From Macrostomum lignano (lineage: Eukaryota), in assembly GCA_002269645.1 (NCBI GenBank), contig NIVC01000762.1:186001-250000 (forward strand): a DNA stretch of 64,000 nt, given 5' to 3'. Positions 50,601 to 61,068 of the stretch are shown piece by piece; within the stretch, counting starts at the first letter, position 1; each line of letters opens with the position of its first letter. A program made the position numbers and the translations under genes. The notes under the pieces are model-generated. The model searched no databases. It was not told where the DNA came from and was given only the letters and a program-made list of their open reading frames with translations.

Positions 50601-50933
50601 CCGTGTCCTCGAAAGTCGCTGAAACATACCAATGCTGAAAGGTTCGGCTGCTGCATCCGTTTCGGGGTCTCGCAAACTCCACGAATCACGGACTGCATCG
50701 TGAGAACTTTGTTCATGGTGTTGATCTTTACGAAGCTTTGGCTTGGGTGCCCGTTCAAGATGCTGTGCTCTCTGCTGTCGCTGGTTCAGATCCAGAAGCT
50801 CCTGACAAGAGACTGACTTGGAACACACGCTGCAGATGATGCGGCTTTTAGGATTGGAAGTGTCGCACATTGCCGAGTTAATAAATGTGCAGTGCTGGCA
50901 TTGCCACTCAATGTTTTGACTAGCTGATGCCAT
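47616..50933 (-). CDS. Double-RBR protein H (1105 aa): NZF, intact RBR, QRE linker, NZF, second RBR-LDD with catalytic Cys to Ser
   Basis: First RING2 GGCLH; second RING2 ALAKGGSLHF (GGT GGT TCT CTG CAC, about 48098-48112), followed by an intact HPRDCLFYLRD LDD. Confidence 0.92.
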   Translation of the reverse strand: MASASQNIEWQCQHCTFINSAMCDTSNPKSRIICSVCSKSVSCQELLDLNQRQQRAQHLERAPKPKLRKDQHHEQSSHDAVRDSWSLRDPETDAAAEPFSIGMFQRLSRTRMSETSSSSGLRRRIGEEHDPDAVEADDIFTRSLKPFYPTQSATRGMLHHKQNRPVKKSSLTTISVRNSKAAPTKTTVSKECPVCTDDKKLVEVPLCGCEVCSDCLCQQIEVRLMHDSSVSVLTCPVCDKLDDRALTDTSCEFPLLQRLLAGQLKPAVMKKLDERLRDWRLKLTDNFCWCSGCSNGFEVSEHHDRQVRCPHCGKETCRKCGKAWHERHRGVSCQQFGEWRQQTDLSERGLAQFLESRGSSCPKCGFQFELSRGGCLHLTCRQCKAEFCSDCGSLFVRQECCGGNKGLHCHHGSECVETFRDWPLEKVRQTALDRGVELELVGVAGAGGRCSVQEQKETSGGGLEDSECGRPVMEAGLCESHLKEALASAMRGKKKKLREQQQNQQENFFLDVNVQSQFEGEDRPNDLYEQHRKYLSSLQQQQREQWEREREKELLEREQHQREHQQREQRERERQLREQQKEQNRQLHENHATNVPSKVASPNFQKNTSQRDGSWVCKHCTLVNPAPSQPETRLGICSACAQTTELSWTEQRVGEQKQREKQLFDGDFKTNIQAENEKVNESEASLRSLMVEFDLRKISDAKILFQLMQNSEFKGRDLYDLAEAAKGSNNRCDYVDFVKSYLQCECSCCFDKFPKHKLLPMASCQCELCHECFRNFVATAMTGGGHVTDLCCPMCQVPNANQIEEFESHFGILLPQIKQIQGFKQSEYKFDENVVDLVEKKITEWNLFRDPNFRWCSSCGFGMVLGDIMIGLKFQCPNCEAFTCKECKKPWKDQHEGIDCDQFEKWLMDNDPEYQEKGVGFFLQANGIECPNCRFQYALAKGGSLHFTCRMCRFKFCADCDGEHTIIHGRGLSCKHPRDCLFYLRDFGVDRLQRLLNLHKVEFESEAENPVDKCEVMEQKEVANGLKDEPCGVDVKPGQANLCEKHYIEYLVSLVNKQKLDPVSVMDEGELRGACLREGIDFSGVGENNVAALRALIAQQKPLVK

Positions 50934-51650
50934 GCGAGTTGGTGCTGCAAGCCTACAGGCCTTTGCTGCAATGAGTTCATTTAAACAAAATGTAGCTAAT
51001 TTAGAATTAAAAGGGTCATCAGCAAAAGAAAAATGTTGGAAAAAGTATTTAATTATGAATGTCTAAAATTAAGAGCAACTCAAAAATATCATTGCAATAT
51101 GATATAATCTAGCCATATAAGATCATACTCATTAAACGTACTTGTAGATACTATTAGATTATACATGAAGATACTTTTTAAGCTGAAAAAGCGCCGGATA
51201 TTTACTTTTTTCAGTAGCAAACTTAGCTTTTCCTGCTGCTATCTAATTCAATAGCGAGTGGCATATCTAGTGATTTTAGCAGCTTTAAGTAAGCGTGGCA
51301 ACTAGGCACTAGTTAAATATTTTAATAAATTTACTATATAGGTAAAACTTGAAAATAAGAAAAAATATCTAGGATTCGCAACGCAATGTGAAGACAATGG
51401 AAAGTCTCAATAGTATATTTAAAAAATGTTCAATTATAATAAAAACGTACACACAGTGAGTACGAGCTATATACCGGTAAACACTCAGCAACCTGTCAAA
51501 GATTCCATCCCGAAACCTGTGATACAGCTTATCAAATCTCAGCTTTAAGTGACGCAATCTACACTAAGCCCGAGCAGTTTTCGTCTGAACTTTGTGTGAA
51601 GCAGTTTGCGTCACAATTGGCCCCAGCTGAGGCTGGTGAGGAGAGATTGC

Positions 51651-52005
51651 GCTAGTTATGGCTAGTCTAGTCTAGTTATGGCTAGTCTAGTCTAGTTATG
51701 GCTAGTCTAGTCTAGTTATGGCTAGTCTAGTCTAGTTATGGCTAGTCTAGTCTAGTTATGGCTAGTCTAGTCTAGTTATGGCTAGTCTAGTCTAGTTATG
51801 GCTAGTCTAGTCTAGTTATGGCTAGTCTAGTCTAGTTATGGCTAGTCTAGTCTAGTTATGGCTAGTCTAGTCTAGTTATGGCTAGTCTAGTCTAGTTATG
51901 GCTAGTCTAGTCTAGTTATGGCTAGTCTAGTCTAGTTATGGCTAGTCTAGTCTAGTTATGGCTAGTCTAGTCTAGTTATGGCTAGTCTAGTCTAGTTATG
52001 GCTAG
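51651..52005. repeat. Homogeneous 20-bp tandem array (ctagttatggctagtctagt)
   Basis: About 17-18 essentially identical units. Confidence 0.98.
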
Positions 52006-53301
52006 ACTTGGATTAAAGCTGCTACTAATTGTTGACGGCTGGTTTCCGGGTGGAAACTTTAACATGCTGCTGGGTGTACTTTAGCGATTAAAGAGTTACT
52101 GGAGAAAACCTACTGTTATGAAAGCGAAGACAAAATACGGCTTGCCCAATTCTAGACAAAAGGCTTTTGAACAATCATACTTATAACAAAACAAAAAGTT
52201 AATACCAAAACCAATAAAAGCTGATTAACATTGCCATCGAAATCGATGTAAAAAGGAATCAATGCTGACTTAGAAGTTACCTCCTACTCGTAGTGCGAGT
52301 ACGAGTAGGTGTGACAAGTGCGAAATCGGACCTTTATTTGATTTGATGTCGGTGTGAACAATAATTTAAATCTTTTGACAAGCAAACTTAAAGATAAAAG
52401 CAATCGAAATATAGATTTAAATAAAGCAGTCGAAAAATCTTTTCACGAAAATTTCATACGAATTTCCTAAGCTTGTTAGTGACAATTGAATGTCTTCAAA
52501 ATACACTGCAAATCAATTAAGCATACAAGAATTTACTATTCAGTGTCTCCAGTTAAAAACATGAATTGATTGCTTGCTTAAGTTCATTCATTTTATTGCA
52601 ATATTTCATGAAACCAGCTTAAAATCGAACCTAATTGTTTCCGCAGTAATTGACTCAAATGTAATTAATTGTGCACCTGCAAATTTCGTGCTACACAAAA
52701 AGAAAGGACACTGAAACAACGAGAAATAAATTAAAAATGAAATACGAGTATATAATAAAAACTTAAACAATTCTTTTGACACGTGTAAGTCTGTACCGTC
52801 AAAAAGTCAGCTCGTCAAAAAGTTCCTCGATTTTTTCTAGCAAGCAGTTTCTGCCTACACTGCTCACTTTGGCAAGTGACTTTTATCTACTTGTCGAAAC
52901 TTGTCTCTGCCGATGCTCTTACTGCTTGAGCAGCTAGATGCATTGTGCGCTGAAACTTACAAGAAATAACTTTTGTCTTAAATTAAGACAGAAACTCGGC
53001 CGCAAGTGACGCCCGCCCCTCCCTCACAGAGCGAAGACAAAGCCCCTGGCTAGAGGAAGAGGCGAATAAAACGCACGCACAGTACACATAGGTGTCCCGG
53101 CGAAAGCAAAGTGACTCGTTCAATAAAAAACACACATGCTTTGCCTATGATAGTACCATCAAATACTTCCTCGAGAAACCACCTACATCACCACCTATCG
53201 ATCATGAGCATTTTTAGATTTTTTGTACAATGGCGATTTAAAAACAAACGCTAGAGCCGTGGAAGGAATGAACAGCTCGACTAACTTGCTCAATTTTACG
53301 T

Positions 53302-55134
53302 TTACACCATAGCTTCTTCGTCTTCGCTAAGTGGCAACATTTCCTTCAGCCGTTCGCGGTAAATACTCGTTTTTTCTCTCGCAGCAGAAGCAGGGTAGGA
53401 GGCTTTGACTTTTGGCAGGGCCAAACCAAACCTTCTGAACATCTCCAGCAACTCATTCTCACTGGCAACATCCACCAAATCGAGTTTGTTTGCATTGATG
53501 AGCTGAATTAGACACTCACGGTAGTGCCTGTCGCATATACCTGGGTTTTTATAAGTAACTTTTTCGGCACAAGGACAGACTTTCAGCTTTCCGTCCATCT
53601 TCAAATCGGGAAGCTCACAACCTTTGCCAAACTTTGAGCATACGTCGCTCACTTTGACCTTATTTCTCCTCAGCAAATCAAGTAGAGTCGTCTGTTTTAC
53701 ATGCTTCAAATTAAAGAAGCACTGGCGATAGTGGTGCACATGAAGTCCTTTAATTTGGCAGTCTTCGTGAGGTCCAATCTGACGGCTTTGACAAAATGGA
53801 CAGAATGAATTTCTGCAACTACAGTGAAACACAAAAACGCCAGACTTGGACACACGCTGATAGCAATGACTACATTTTGGGCAAACCAAATGAAAAGTCA
53901 GAAGCTTCATCATCTGATCGTACAGCCTTTTGTCAGTAGACGAGTGACCTTGGTTCTGAGCAGCTATGTGCATTTTGTTATAATATTTTTGATGAATACC
54001 TTCTGCATGCTTCCGATAACTGCCGCAGTCCATCCGATGGTGAACAACCCAGAAGCCGAAGCATTTCTTGCAGACATCCTGTTTGCAAAGTTTGCAGTGA
54101 CTGTCGGATTGTCAAGTGCCCATTTTCGGTAGTCCAATATTTCCATGGGGACAATAACCATTCGAAGTAACAACTGGAACTGTCGAGACATGTTTTGAAG
54201 ATTTTGAGTTTTTTTTCCTTTCCTGTCTGGGGCTTCGACCACTTCCCAACCTTCGTCGATATTTTGGCTTGAATTACCTCCAAGCACAAGGACTTCAAGG
54301 CGTGCCACTGCATACTCCACAGTGTCAGAGCCAAGCACATCCTCCATTTCCATCAGCTGCATCCTCATGAAATCCAGACTGTCTTCATCGTCGCACGCCA
54401 CCTGGCAGACAGGGCACTGAATTCTGCTGCTTTTCAGATCAACAAGGAATTTCTCAAAGCACTCTGGACACATTTGGCACTCGCAAGCTGCCATGGCAAC
54501 AAGTTTGTGACGTGGCAACTCATTCGAACAGCGGCTGCACTTTCGAAGCAGTTGGCTCATCAGACGATCAGAGCATCGTCTTCGAACGCCAGCCCGCCAC
54601 ACGACTCAATCGCCACTGCGAGGTCCGATTCGGAAAAAAAGTTTAAACTTGGGCATACTTTTGACAACCAAAACTCTCTCTGCTACCCAGTCTTCCACTC
54701 TGAGATGCAAAGCCAGGTTTTGAGCTCTATCGGACCATTCGATAGAATCGCTTCCTGCCGCTCCGACTGCAGCACGGCGGCTGCTGTGGCTGCGGAGGTC
54801 AGCATGGACGCTGCAGCAGCGGCTTCACTGCGAGCGACTGCGCCTCCTTTAGTGGTTCCACCACTGAGTTCGGTAGTCTGTGCGCAAGCAGAGCAAATCC
54901 CAAGCCCAGTTTCTGGCTGCGATGGAGCCGGGTTCACCAGCGTGCAGTGATTGCAGACCCACCTGCCGTTGCTTTGAGAATTGTTTTCTTGGAAATTTTG
55001 AGAGGTTACATTTGAAGGAACATTTGTTGCATGATGTCAATGTAGTTGCCGATTCTGTTCTTGCTGTTGCTCTCTCTGCTGCTGCTCTCTTTGCTGTTGC
55101 TCACTCTGCTGCTGCTCACTCTGCTGCTGCTCAC

Positions 55135-55169
<35 letters not shown>

Positions 55170-56170
55170 CTCTCTCGCGTTGTTCTCTCTGCTGTTGCTC
55201 TTGCTGCTTTTTCTCTCTCTCACGTTGCTCTCTCTGCTGTTGCTCTCTCAGCTGTTGCTCTCTCTGCTGTTGCTCTCTCAGCTGTTGCTCTCTCTGCTGT
55301 TGCTCTCTTTTCTGCTGCTCTCTCTGCTGTTGCTCTCTCTGCTGTTGCTCTCTCTGCTGTTGCTCTCTCTGCTGCTGCTCTCTCTGCTGCTGCTCTTTCT
55401 GCTGTTGCTCTCTCTGCTGTTGCTCTCTCTGCTGTTTCTCTCTCTGCTTTCGCTCTCTCTCACGTTGCTCTCTCTGCTGTTTCTCTCTCTGTTTTTGTTC
55501 TTTCTGCTGTTTCTCTCTCTGCTGTTGCTCTCTCTGCAGCTGTTTTTCTCTCTGCTATTGTTCTTTCTGCTGTTGCTCTCTCTGCTTTCGCTCTCTCTCA
55601 CGTTGCTCTCTCTGCTGTTTCTCTCTGTTTTTGTTCTTTCTGCTGTTTCTCTCTCTGCTGTTGCTCTCTCTGCAGCTGTTTCTCTCTCTGCTTTTGTTCT
55701 TTCTGCTGTTGCTCTCTCTGCTTTCGCTCTCTCTCACGTTGCTCTCTATGCTTTTGCTCTCTCTGCTGTTGCTCTCTCTGCTTTCGCTCTCCTTCGTTGG
55801 CGGAGCCGTCCGTCCATGCCGTGATCCCGATCTCCAGGGCCGCTCTGGCTTGTTCTTCTGCTGCTGCTCTCTGCAAAAAATCGCTTCCTGCCGCTCCGAC
55901 TGCAGCACTGGCGGCTGCTGTGGCTGCGGAGGTCAGCATGGACGCTGCAGCAGCGGCTTCACTGTGAACGACTGCGCCTCCTTTAGTGGCGCTACCACTG
56001 AGTTTGGTAATGTATGCGCAAGCAGAGCAAATTACAAGCCCAGTTTTTTGCTGCGATGGAGCCGGGTTCACCAACGTGCAGTGATTGCAGATCCAGCTGC
56101 CTTTGCTTTGAGAATTGTTTTCTTGGAAATTTTGAGAGGTTACATTTGAAGGAACATTTGTTGCATGATG
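53302..56170 (-). pseudogene. Gene I, 3' part: duplicated NZF/QRE units and a decayed C-type RING1-pseudoRBR-LDD
   Basis: Versus C and G: 2-bp loss at about 55620, TGA at 55037-55039, 1-bp loss at about 54775, 8-bp insertion at about 54560, extra A at about 54205, nonsense TGA at 54112-54114. Confidence 0.85.
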
Positions 56171-58264
56171 TCAATGTAGTTGCCGATTCTGTTCTTGCTG
56201 TTGCTCTCTCTGCTGCTGCTCTCTTTGCTGTTGCTCTCTCTGCTGCTGCTCTCTTTGCTGTTGCTCTCTCTGCTGTTGCTCTCTCTGCTGTTTCTCTCTC
56301 TGCTTTCGCTCTCTCTCACGTTGCTCTCTCTGCTGTTTCTCTCTCTGTTTTTGTTCTTTCTGCTGTTTCTCTCTCTGCTGTTGCTCTCTCTGCAGCTGTT
56401 TCTCTCTCTGCTTTTGTTCTTTCTGCTGTTGCTCTCTCTGCTTTCGCTCTCTCTCACGTTGCTCTCTATGCTTTTGCTCTCTCTGCTGTTGCTCTCTCTG
56501 CTTTCGCTCTCTCTGCTTTCGCTCTCCTTCGTTGGCGGAGCCGTCCGTCCATGCCGTGATCCCGATCTCCAGGGCCGCTCTGGCTTGTTCTTCTGCTGCT
56601 GCTCTCTGCAAAAAATCGCTTCCTGCCGCTCCGACTGCAGCACTGGCGGCTGCTGTGGCTGCGGAGGTCAGCATGGACGCTGCAGCAGCGGCTTCACTGT
56701 GAACGACTGTGCCTCCTTTAGTGGCGCTACCACTGAGTTTGGTAATGTATGCGCATGCAGAGCAAATTACAAGCCCAGTTTTTTGCTGCGATGGAGCCGG
56801 GTTCACCAACGTGCAGTGATTGCAGATCCAGCTGCCTTTGCTTTGAGAATTGTTTTCTTGGAAATTTTGAGAGGTTACATTTGAAGGAACATTCGTTGCA
56901 TGATCTCCATGTAGTTGCCGATTCTGTTCTTGCTGTTGCTCTCTCTGCTGCTGCTCTCTCTGCTGTTGCTCACTCTGCTGCTGCTCACTCTGCTGCTGCT
57001 CACTCTGCTGCTGCTCTCTCTGCTGTTGCTCTCTTTGCTGTTGCTCTCTCTGCTGCTGCTCTCTCTCACGTTGCTCTCTCTGCTGCTGCTCTCTTTGCTG
57101 TTGCTCTCTCTGCTGCTGCTCTCTTTGCTGTTGCTCACTCTGCTGCTTCTCTCTCTGCTGCTGCTCTCTCTGCTGCTGCTCTCTTTGCAGTTTCTCTCTC
57201 TGTTGCTGCTCTCTCTGCGGTTGCTCTCTCTGCTGTTGCTCTCTCAGCTGGTCTCTCAGCTGTTCTTCTCTCTCCTGTTGCTCTCTCAGCTGGTCTTTCA
57301 GCTGTTCTTCTCTCTCCTGTTGCTCTCTCAGCTGGTCTTTCAGCTGTTCTTCTCTCTCCTGTTGCTCTCTCAGCTGGTCTCTCAGCTGTTCTTCTCTCTC
57401 CTGTTGCTCTCTCAGCTGGTCTTTCAGCTGTTCTTCTCTCTCCTGTTGCTCTCTCAGCTGGTCTTTCAGCTGTTCTTCTCTCTCCTGTTGCTCTCTCAGC
57501 TGGTCTCTCAGCTGTTCTTCTCTCTCCTGTTGCTCTCTCAGCTGGTCTTTCAGCTGTTCTTCTCTCTCCTGTTGCTCTCTCAGCTGGTCTCTCAGCTGTT
57601 CTTCTCTCTCCTGTTGCTCTCTCAGCTGGTCTCTCAGCTGTTCTTCTCTCTCCTGTTCCTCTCTCTGGTGCTGGTCGCTCTGTTGCTGCTCCAACATCTG
57701 CAGCAGTCTCGCCGCCTCATCATTACCTAGCTGAGACTCCAGCTCGTACACAAGAATCATGGTCGTGTTTCGAGCTACATGGTCTCCAGACCAGGCCACT
57801 CCACACACCGGACACTCCAGCTGCCCTGGCATTCCGGACAGGAAGCTGCAGAAACAGCCACAGCACAGCTCGCACTCGCACGTCGCCATGTGAAACAGCT
57901 TGTGACGCGGCATCTGCTTTGAGCACTTGCAACACTGGCTTCTCAAGTGCGCTAACAGAGCTACCACATCATCGCAAGCCTTCCCACAAGACTGGATGGA
58001 GTCAATGAGGTCAGTATCGGAGAAGTCCTTGAACTCCCTAAGCTGCTTCACTTCCTGGAGTCGCTCGGTCAGCCAGGTGTCGCAGCGACGCTGGGCCTGA
58101 GGCGGCGGCGGCAGCACCTCGACTCGGTGATTCTCAACGCTGTGCCAGTTGGTGTGGCAGGACTCGCAGATCAGTTGGAAGCCGCAGCCGGCCTCCAGGC
58201 ACCGGATTGAGGCGCCTGGGCGGCCGCAGATGAGGCAGCGCTCGGCGAGCACTCGGTGAGCCAT
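56171..58264 (-). CDS. Gene I, 5' part (697 aa): variant B-box, helical segment, RING, 14-aa and QQREQ repeats, NZF
   Basis: N-terminus paralogous to protein A. TTTCAG acceptor at about 58305. Ends at the same TGA context as G. Confidence 0.75.
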   Translation of the reverse strand: MAHRVLAERCLICGRPGASIRCLEAGCGFQLICESCHTNWHSVENHRVEVLPPPPQAQRRCDTWLTERLQEVKQLREFKDFSDTDLIDSIQSCGKACDDVVALLAHLRSQCCKCSKQMPRHKLFHMATCECELCCGCFCSFLSGMPGQLECPVCGVAWSGDHVARNTTMILVYELESQLGNDEAARLLQMLEQQQSDQHQREEQEREEQLRDQLREQQEREEQLRDQLREQQEREEQLKDQLREQQEREEQLRDQLREQQEREEQLKDQLREQQEREEQLKDQLREQQEREEQLRDQLREQQEREEQLKDQLREQQEREEQLKDQLREQQEREEQLRDQLREQQQREQPQREQQQREKLQREQQQREQQQREKQQSEQQQREQQQREQQQREQQQREQREREQQQREQQQREQQQREQQQSEQQQSEQQQSEQQQREQQQREQQQEQNRQLHGDHATNVPSNVTSQNFQENNSQSKGSWICNHCTLVNPAPSQQKTGLVICSACAYITKLSGSATKGGTVVHSEAAAAASMLTSAATAAASAAVGAAGSDFLQRAAAEEQARAALEIGITAWTDGSANEGERKQRERKQREQQQREQKHREQRERERKQREQQQKEQKQREKQLQREQQQREKQQKEQKQREKQQREQRERERKQREKQQREQQQREQQQREQQQREQQQREQQQREQQQEQNRQLH

Positions 58265-59599
58265 GCGTTGCACAACCAAGTTTGCTTGTTGGTCAGGAGC
58301 GCTGCTGAAATTGAAAAAGGTTAGGAGCTTTGTACTCAATCGAGAGCAACTGTGGATTGACAAGTTTGAGTAATCTAGCTACGAGAGCATAAACTAAAGA
58401 GAAACAAAGTGATCTCTAGAGGGTTTTTTCGAGAAATATTCAGGTAGGGTGTTGATTTCTAGGCGATATGAAGAATTAATAAGTAAATAATAAATATTAA
58501 AGTCAATAAATATTTCAACGCATTTAGCACTTTGAGATGAATTGTCGAGTTTATTTGGCAACGAAAAAGAACAAAGTTTTGGTATTCCCACTGGGGAAAC
58601 CAAAGTCAGCTGTTTACCCTAAAGGCTAAGGAGCAATTTAAACCATCTGCAATACAAAATCATCTCATTCAGTATGATACGGTAAGTGCTGTAGTTGTAA
58701 ACCAGAAAAGTGCTAAAAAATCTACAAATGCCAATTAGACTACAAACTCACTAATCATTAAAGTTCTGCCTAAGCTCGCCTAGCCTCAACACCCAGCCCT
58801 AGCACAGTGGCGCAGGTCACGTCCTCCGTATTATCTGAGAGTTGCACTACTGTATTCGTGCCTGTCCATGCTTTTAACCTGTTAATGTGCATTGATTGTT
58901 TTCTACCTTTACCAAAACTATTGATTTTTCACGACCCTTTCATTACGATTTAGTTTTTTTAAAAACTGAGTTTTGATACCGCATCACACAGTGAACCATA
59001 ATTTGAAGTTGAGAAAAGAACAAAAACAAAAACGTTTCGTACCTTATAAATTAACACTTCAGCAAAACGCTTTAACAGCAAAACATTAAAATCTGGAGTA
59101 TCTTAATAATGAAAAACAAAGACTATATGGATACAGCACAGCTATCTTTGTCTTGAATCATACATTTAAATTTAAGGTAAATATCACGTTTATAAAATAT
59201 AATACCATTGTATAAAATCACAGAGAATATTTTGGTATATTCTGTGTTGAAAAACGGAATAATTGAACTTTTTGTTTACAAAAACAACTCAGCATTGAAT
59301 CACTCAAATTTGGTTGGAACAAATCCATCACATTTCTCAATGCAGTGTTGGAAGCCCTGTACTCGACAGGAGTTCTAGTCGAGTCCTGCGTAGACTGTAG
59401 GCCTTCCCTAGATTTCGATCTGAAAGGGTGAAGTTTTTCGCGCTAAGAAATATTGTCTTACTCTACATGACACAATTAAATAAAACTTCTATGGTGTAAT
59501 CTATTGTCCGCCCTACTCGTCAAGTTGCTATACAGCAACAATCAATGAAAATGCATAATCAAACAAAAGCTGAGGATACGACCAGCCAATAATAGGAAG

Positions 59600-60041
59600 C
59601 AGTGGTGTACACCGCAAAACACTGAAAAATGATTTTAACCCATTGTTCCACCAAGCAAGCAAGGCCCTGCTTGAACTCATCCGCAGGGACATCAGGGCGA
59701 TGACCATGGCCCTCTTGAGTAATGGTTGTTTTTCCAAGCACCGCTACCTCCAGAGAGCCCATTTTGCCTCTCCGGTGTTCAGAATGCGGACCACTTCATT
59801 TGTGAATGCCAAGCCTTTACTCAGGACAGGCTCACCAACTTCGGCCCAAACCCAGAGCTTTTTCACGTTTTCAGGACAGGAGAATCTCTGCCAGCTCGTC
59901 CGCTACCTAAGGGCTAGCGGGCGAGCGACCATCCACCTTCCGGACTCTCCGGAGGCGGGAACTGAAGCTCTAGGGCGACGACGCCTCCCCGCTGTATCCA
60001 GATGCCCGAAACCCCCCTGAAGCTAAGTCAAGTCAAGTAAG
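59600..60041 (+). mobile_element. Degenerate 3' end of a non-LTR retrotransposon
   Basis: Frameshifted fragments LIRRDIRAMTMALL..H / ADHFICECQAF..DRL..FG / LVRYLRASGR resemble the C-terminal zinc-finger region of LINE ORF2, followed by an (AAGTC)n-like tail. Confidence 0.55.
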
Positions 60042-60592
60042 ATACTATACCCTCTAATAGACCTGCTCAGAGATAGCTAACCGAACTACTCTGATTTTAA
60101 CATTTAAAGAATAAATCATCCCCCTCCATACACCAGACCGAACTACTGGTTCGCCCAGACAGCAGACCTTTAGAGCGATTTCAAAATCATCGAAAGCATC
60201 TTACTTGAAGCCTTCCCCTTGTATCAACATCTTACTTTGCAAGTTAACATCAATGTGATTAAAACCATTGATTACATCAGACTGTAGGTAAACCCCCCTT
60301 GCGTGATCGCATCAACAGGAAAAGTCAGTCAGTCGAATCCAACGCCTCGGTTTTTTGGTTCGAATACTCGTAATAGAAATAAAATCATAAACAGAGCCAC
60401 AGTAGTTAGAGTCCCAAACTCTAATCCAAACAAACAGAAACTCGAACTGCCATTCAGTTGAACCAATAAAAATTCACCTCAGTAAAGTTATCCAACTTGT
60501 TATTAAATAAAAAAAACAAATCTGCTTCGAGTCTCAATATCTTGTCTGAATAGACGATTTCAACTGAAACCTAACCAGTCATTGCAACAAAA

Positions 60593-60982
60593 CTAACCTG
60601 CATCCACGGCGCCATCAGTTGCTGCTTGATCGCGAACCTCCACCCTGTACGACCGGCCCATTGTTATATTGCCAAAGCCAAATTTTAACAGATGAACTCC
60701 CGGCATTTTCGGAGTAAAACTGCAGAGGTATTTCACTTTGCCTTCGGAGGCTTCAATTCTGAATCGAACTGGCACTTGAGCACCGTCACTTTCAACGCCT
60801 TCCGGTACGAGACGGAAAAATGGTTCACGTCTATCAACACCTTTGGTGTCCGTTAAAATAAACTTTGCCTCTTTGCCAACAGTGGCCACAGTCCAGTCCT
60901 TGCCACCGATGGACAGGTGGTTGCGTGGCTTTCTGCGGCTTCCAGGATTAGTCTTCTGACTGGAACCGGCGCCAGTAGCACC
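60593..60982 (-). CDS. Gene J exon 2: filamin-type Ig-like domain
   Basis: ATVGKEAKFIL...CSFTPKMPGVHLLKF...YRVEV fits the filamin repeat pattern. Acceptor tatccag|G at 60984-60983. Confidence 0.75.
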   Translation of the reverse strand, partial: GATGAGSSQKTNPGSRRKPRNHLSIGGKDWTVATVGKEAKFILTDTKGVDRREPFFRLVPEGVESDGAQVPVRFRIEASEGKVKYLCSFTPKMPGVHLLKFGFGNITMGRSYRVEVRDQAATDGAVDAG

Positions 60983-61068
60983 CTGGATAGGGGAATTTAT
61001 TCGTCAAGACGTTAGCGACATCTCTTTACTACGTGCAAAGACAAAATATACCTTCTAGAATAGCTTAC

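Noticed and set aside
52283-52309. Short hairpin cctactcgta...tacgagtagg
   Set aside because: A 10-bp stem not conserved in the paralogous spacer; too weak to interpret.
28973-58008. Hydrophobic LLLSL and ALSAV ORFs that look like membrane proteins
   Set aside because: Antisense translations of the QQREQ coding repeats.
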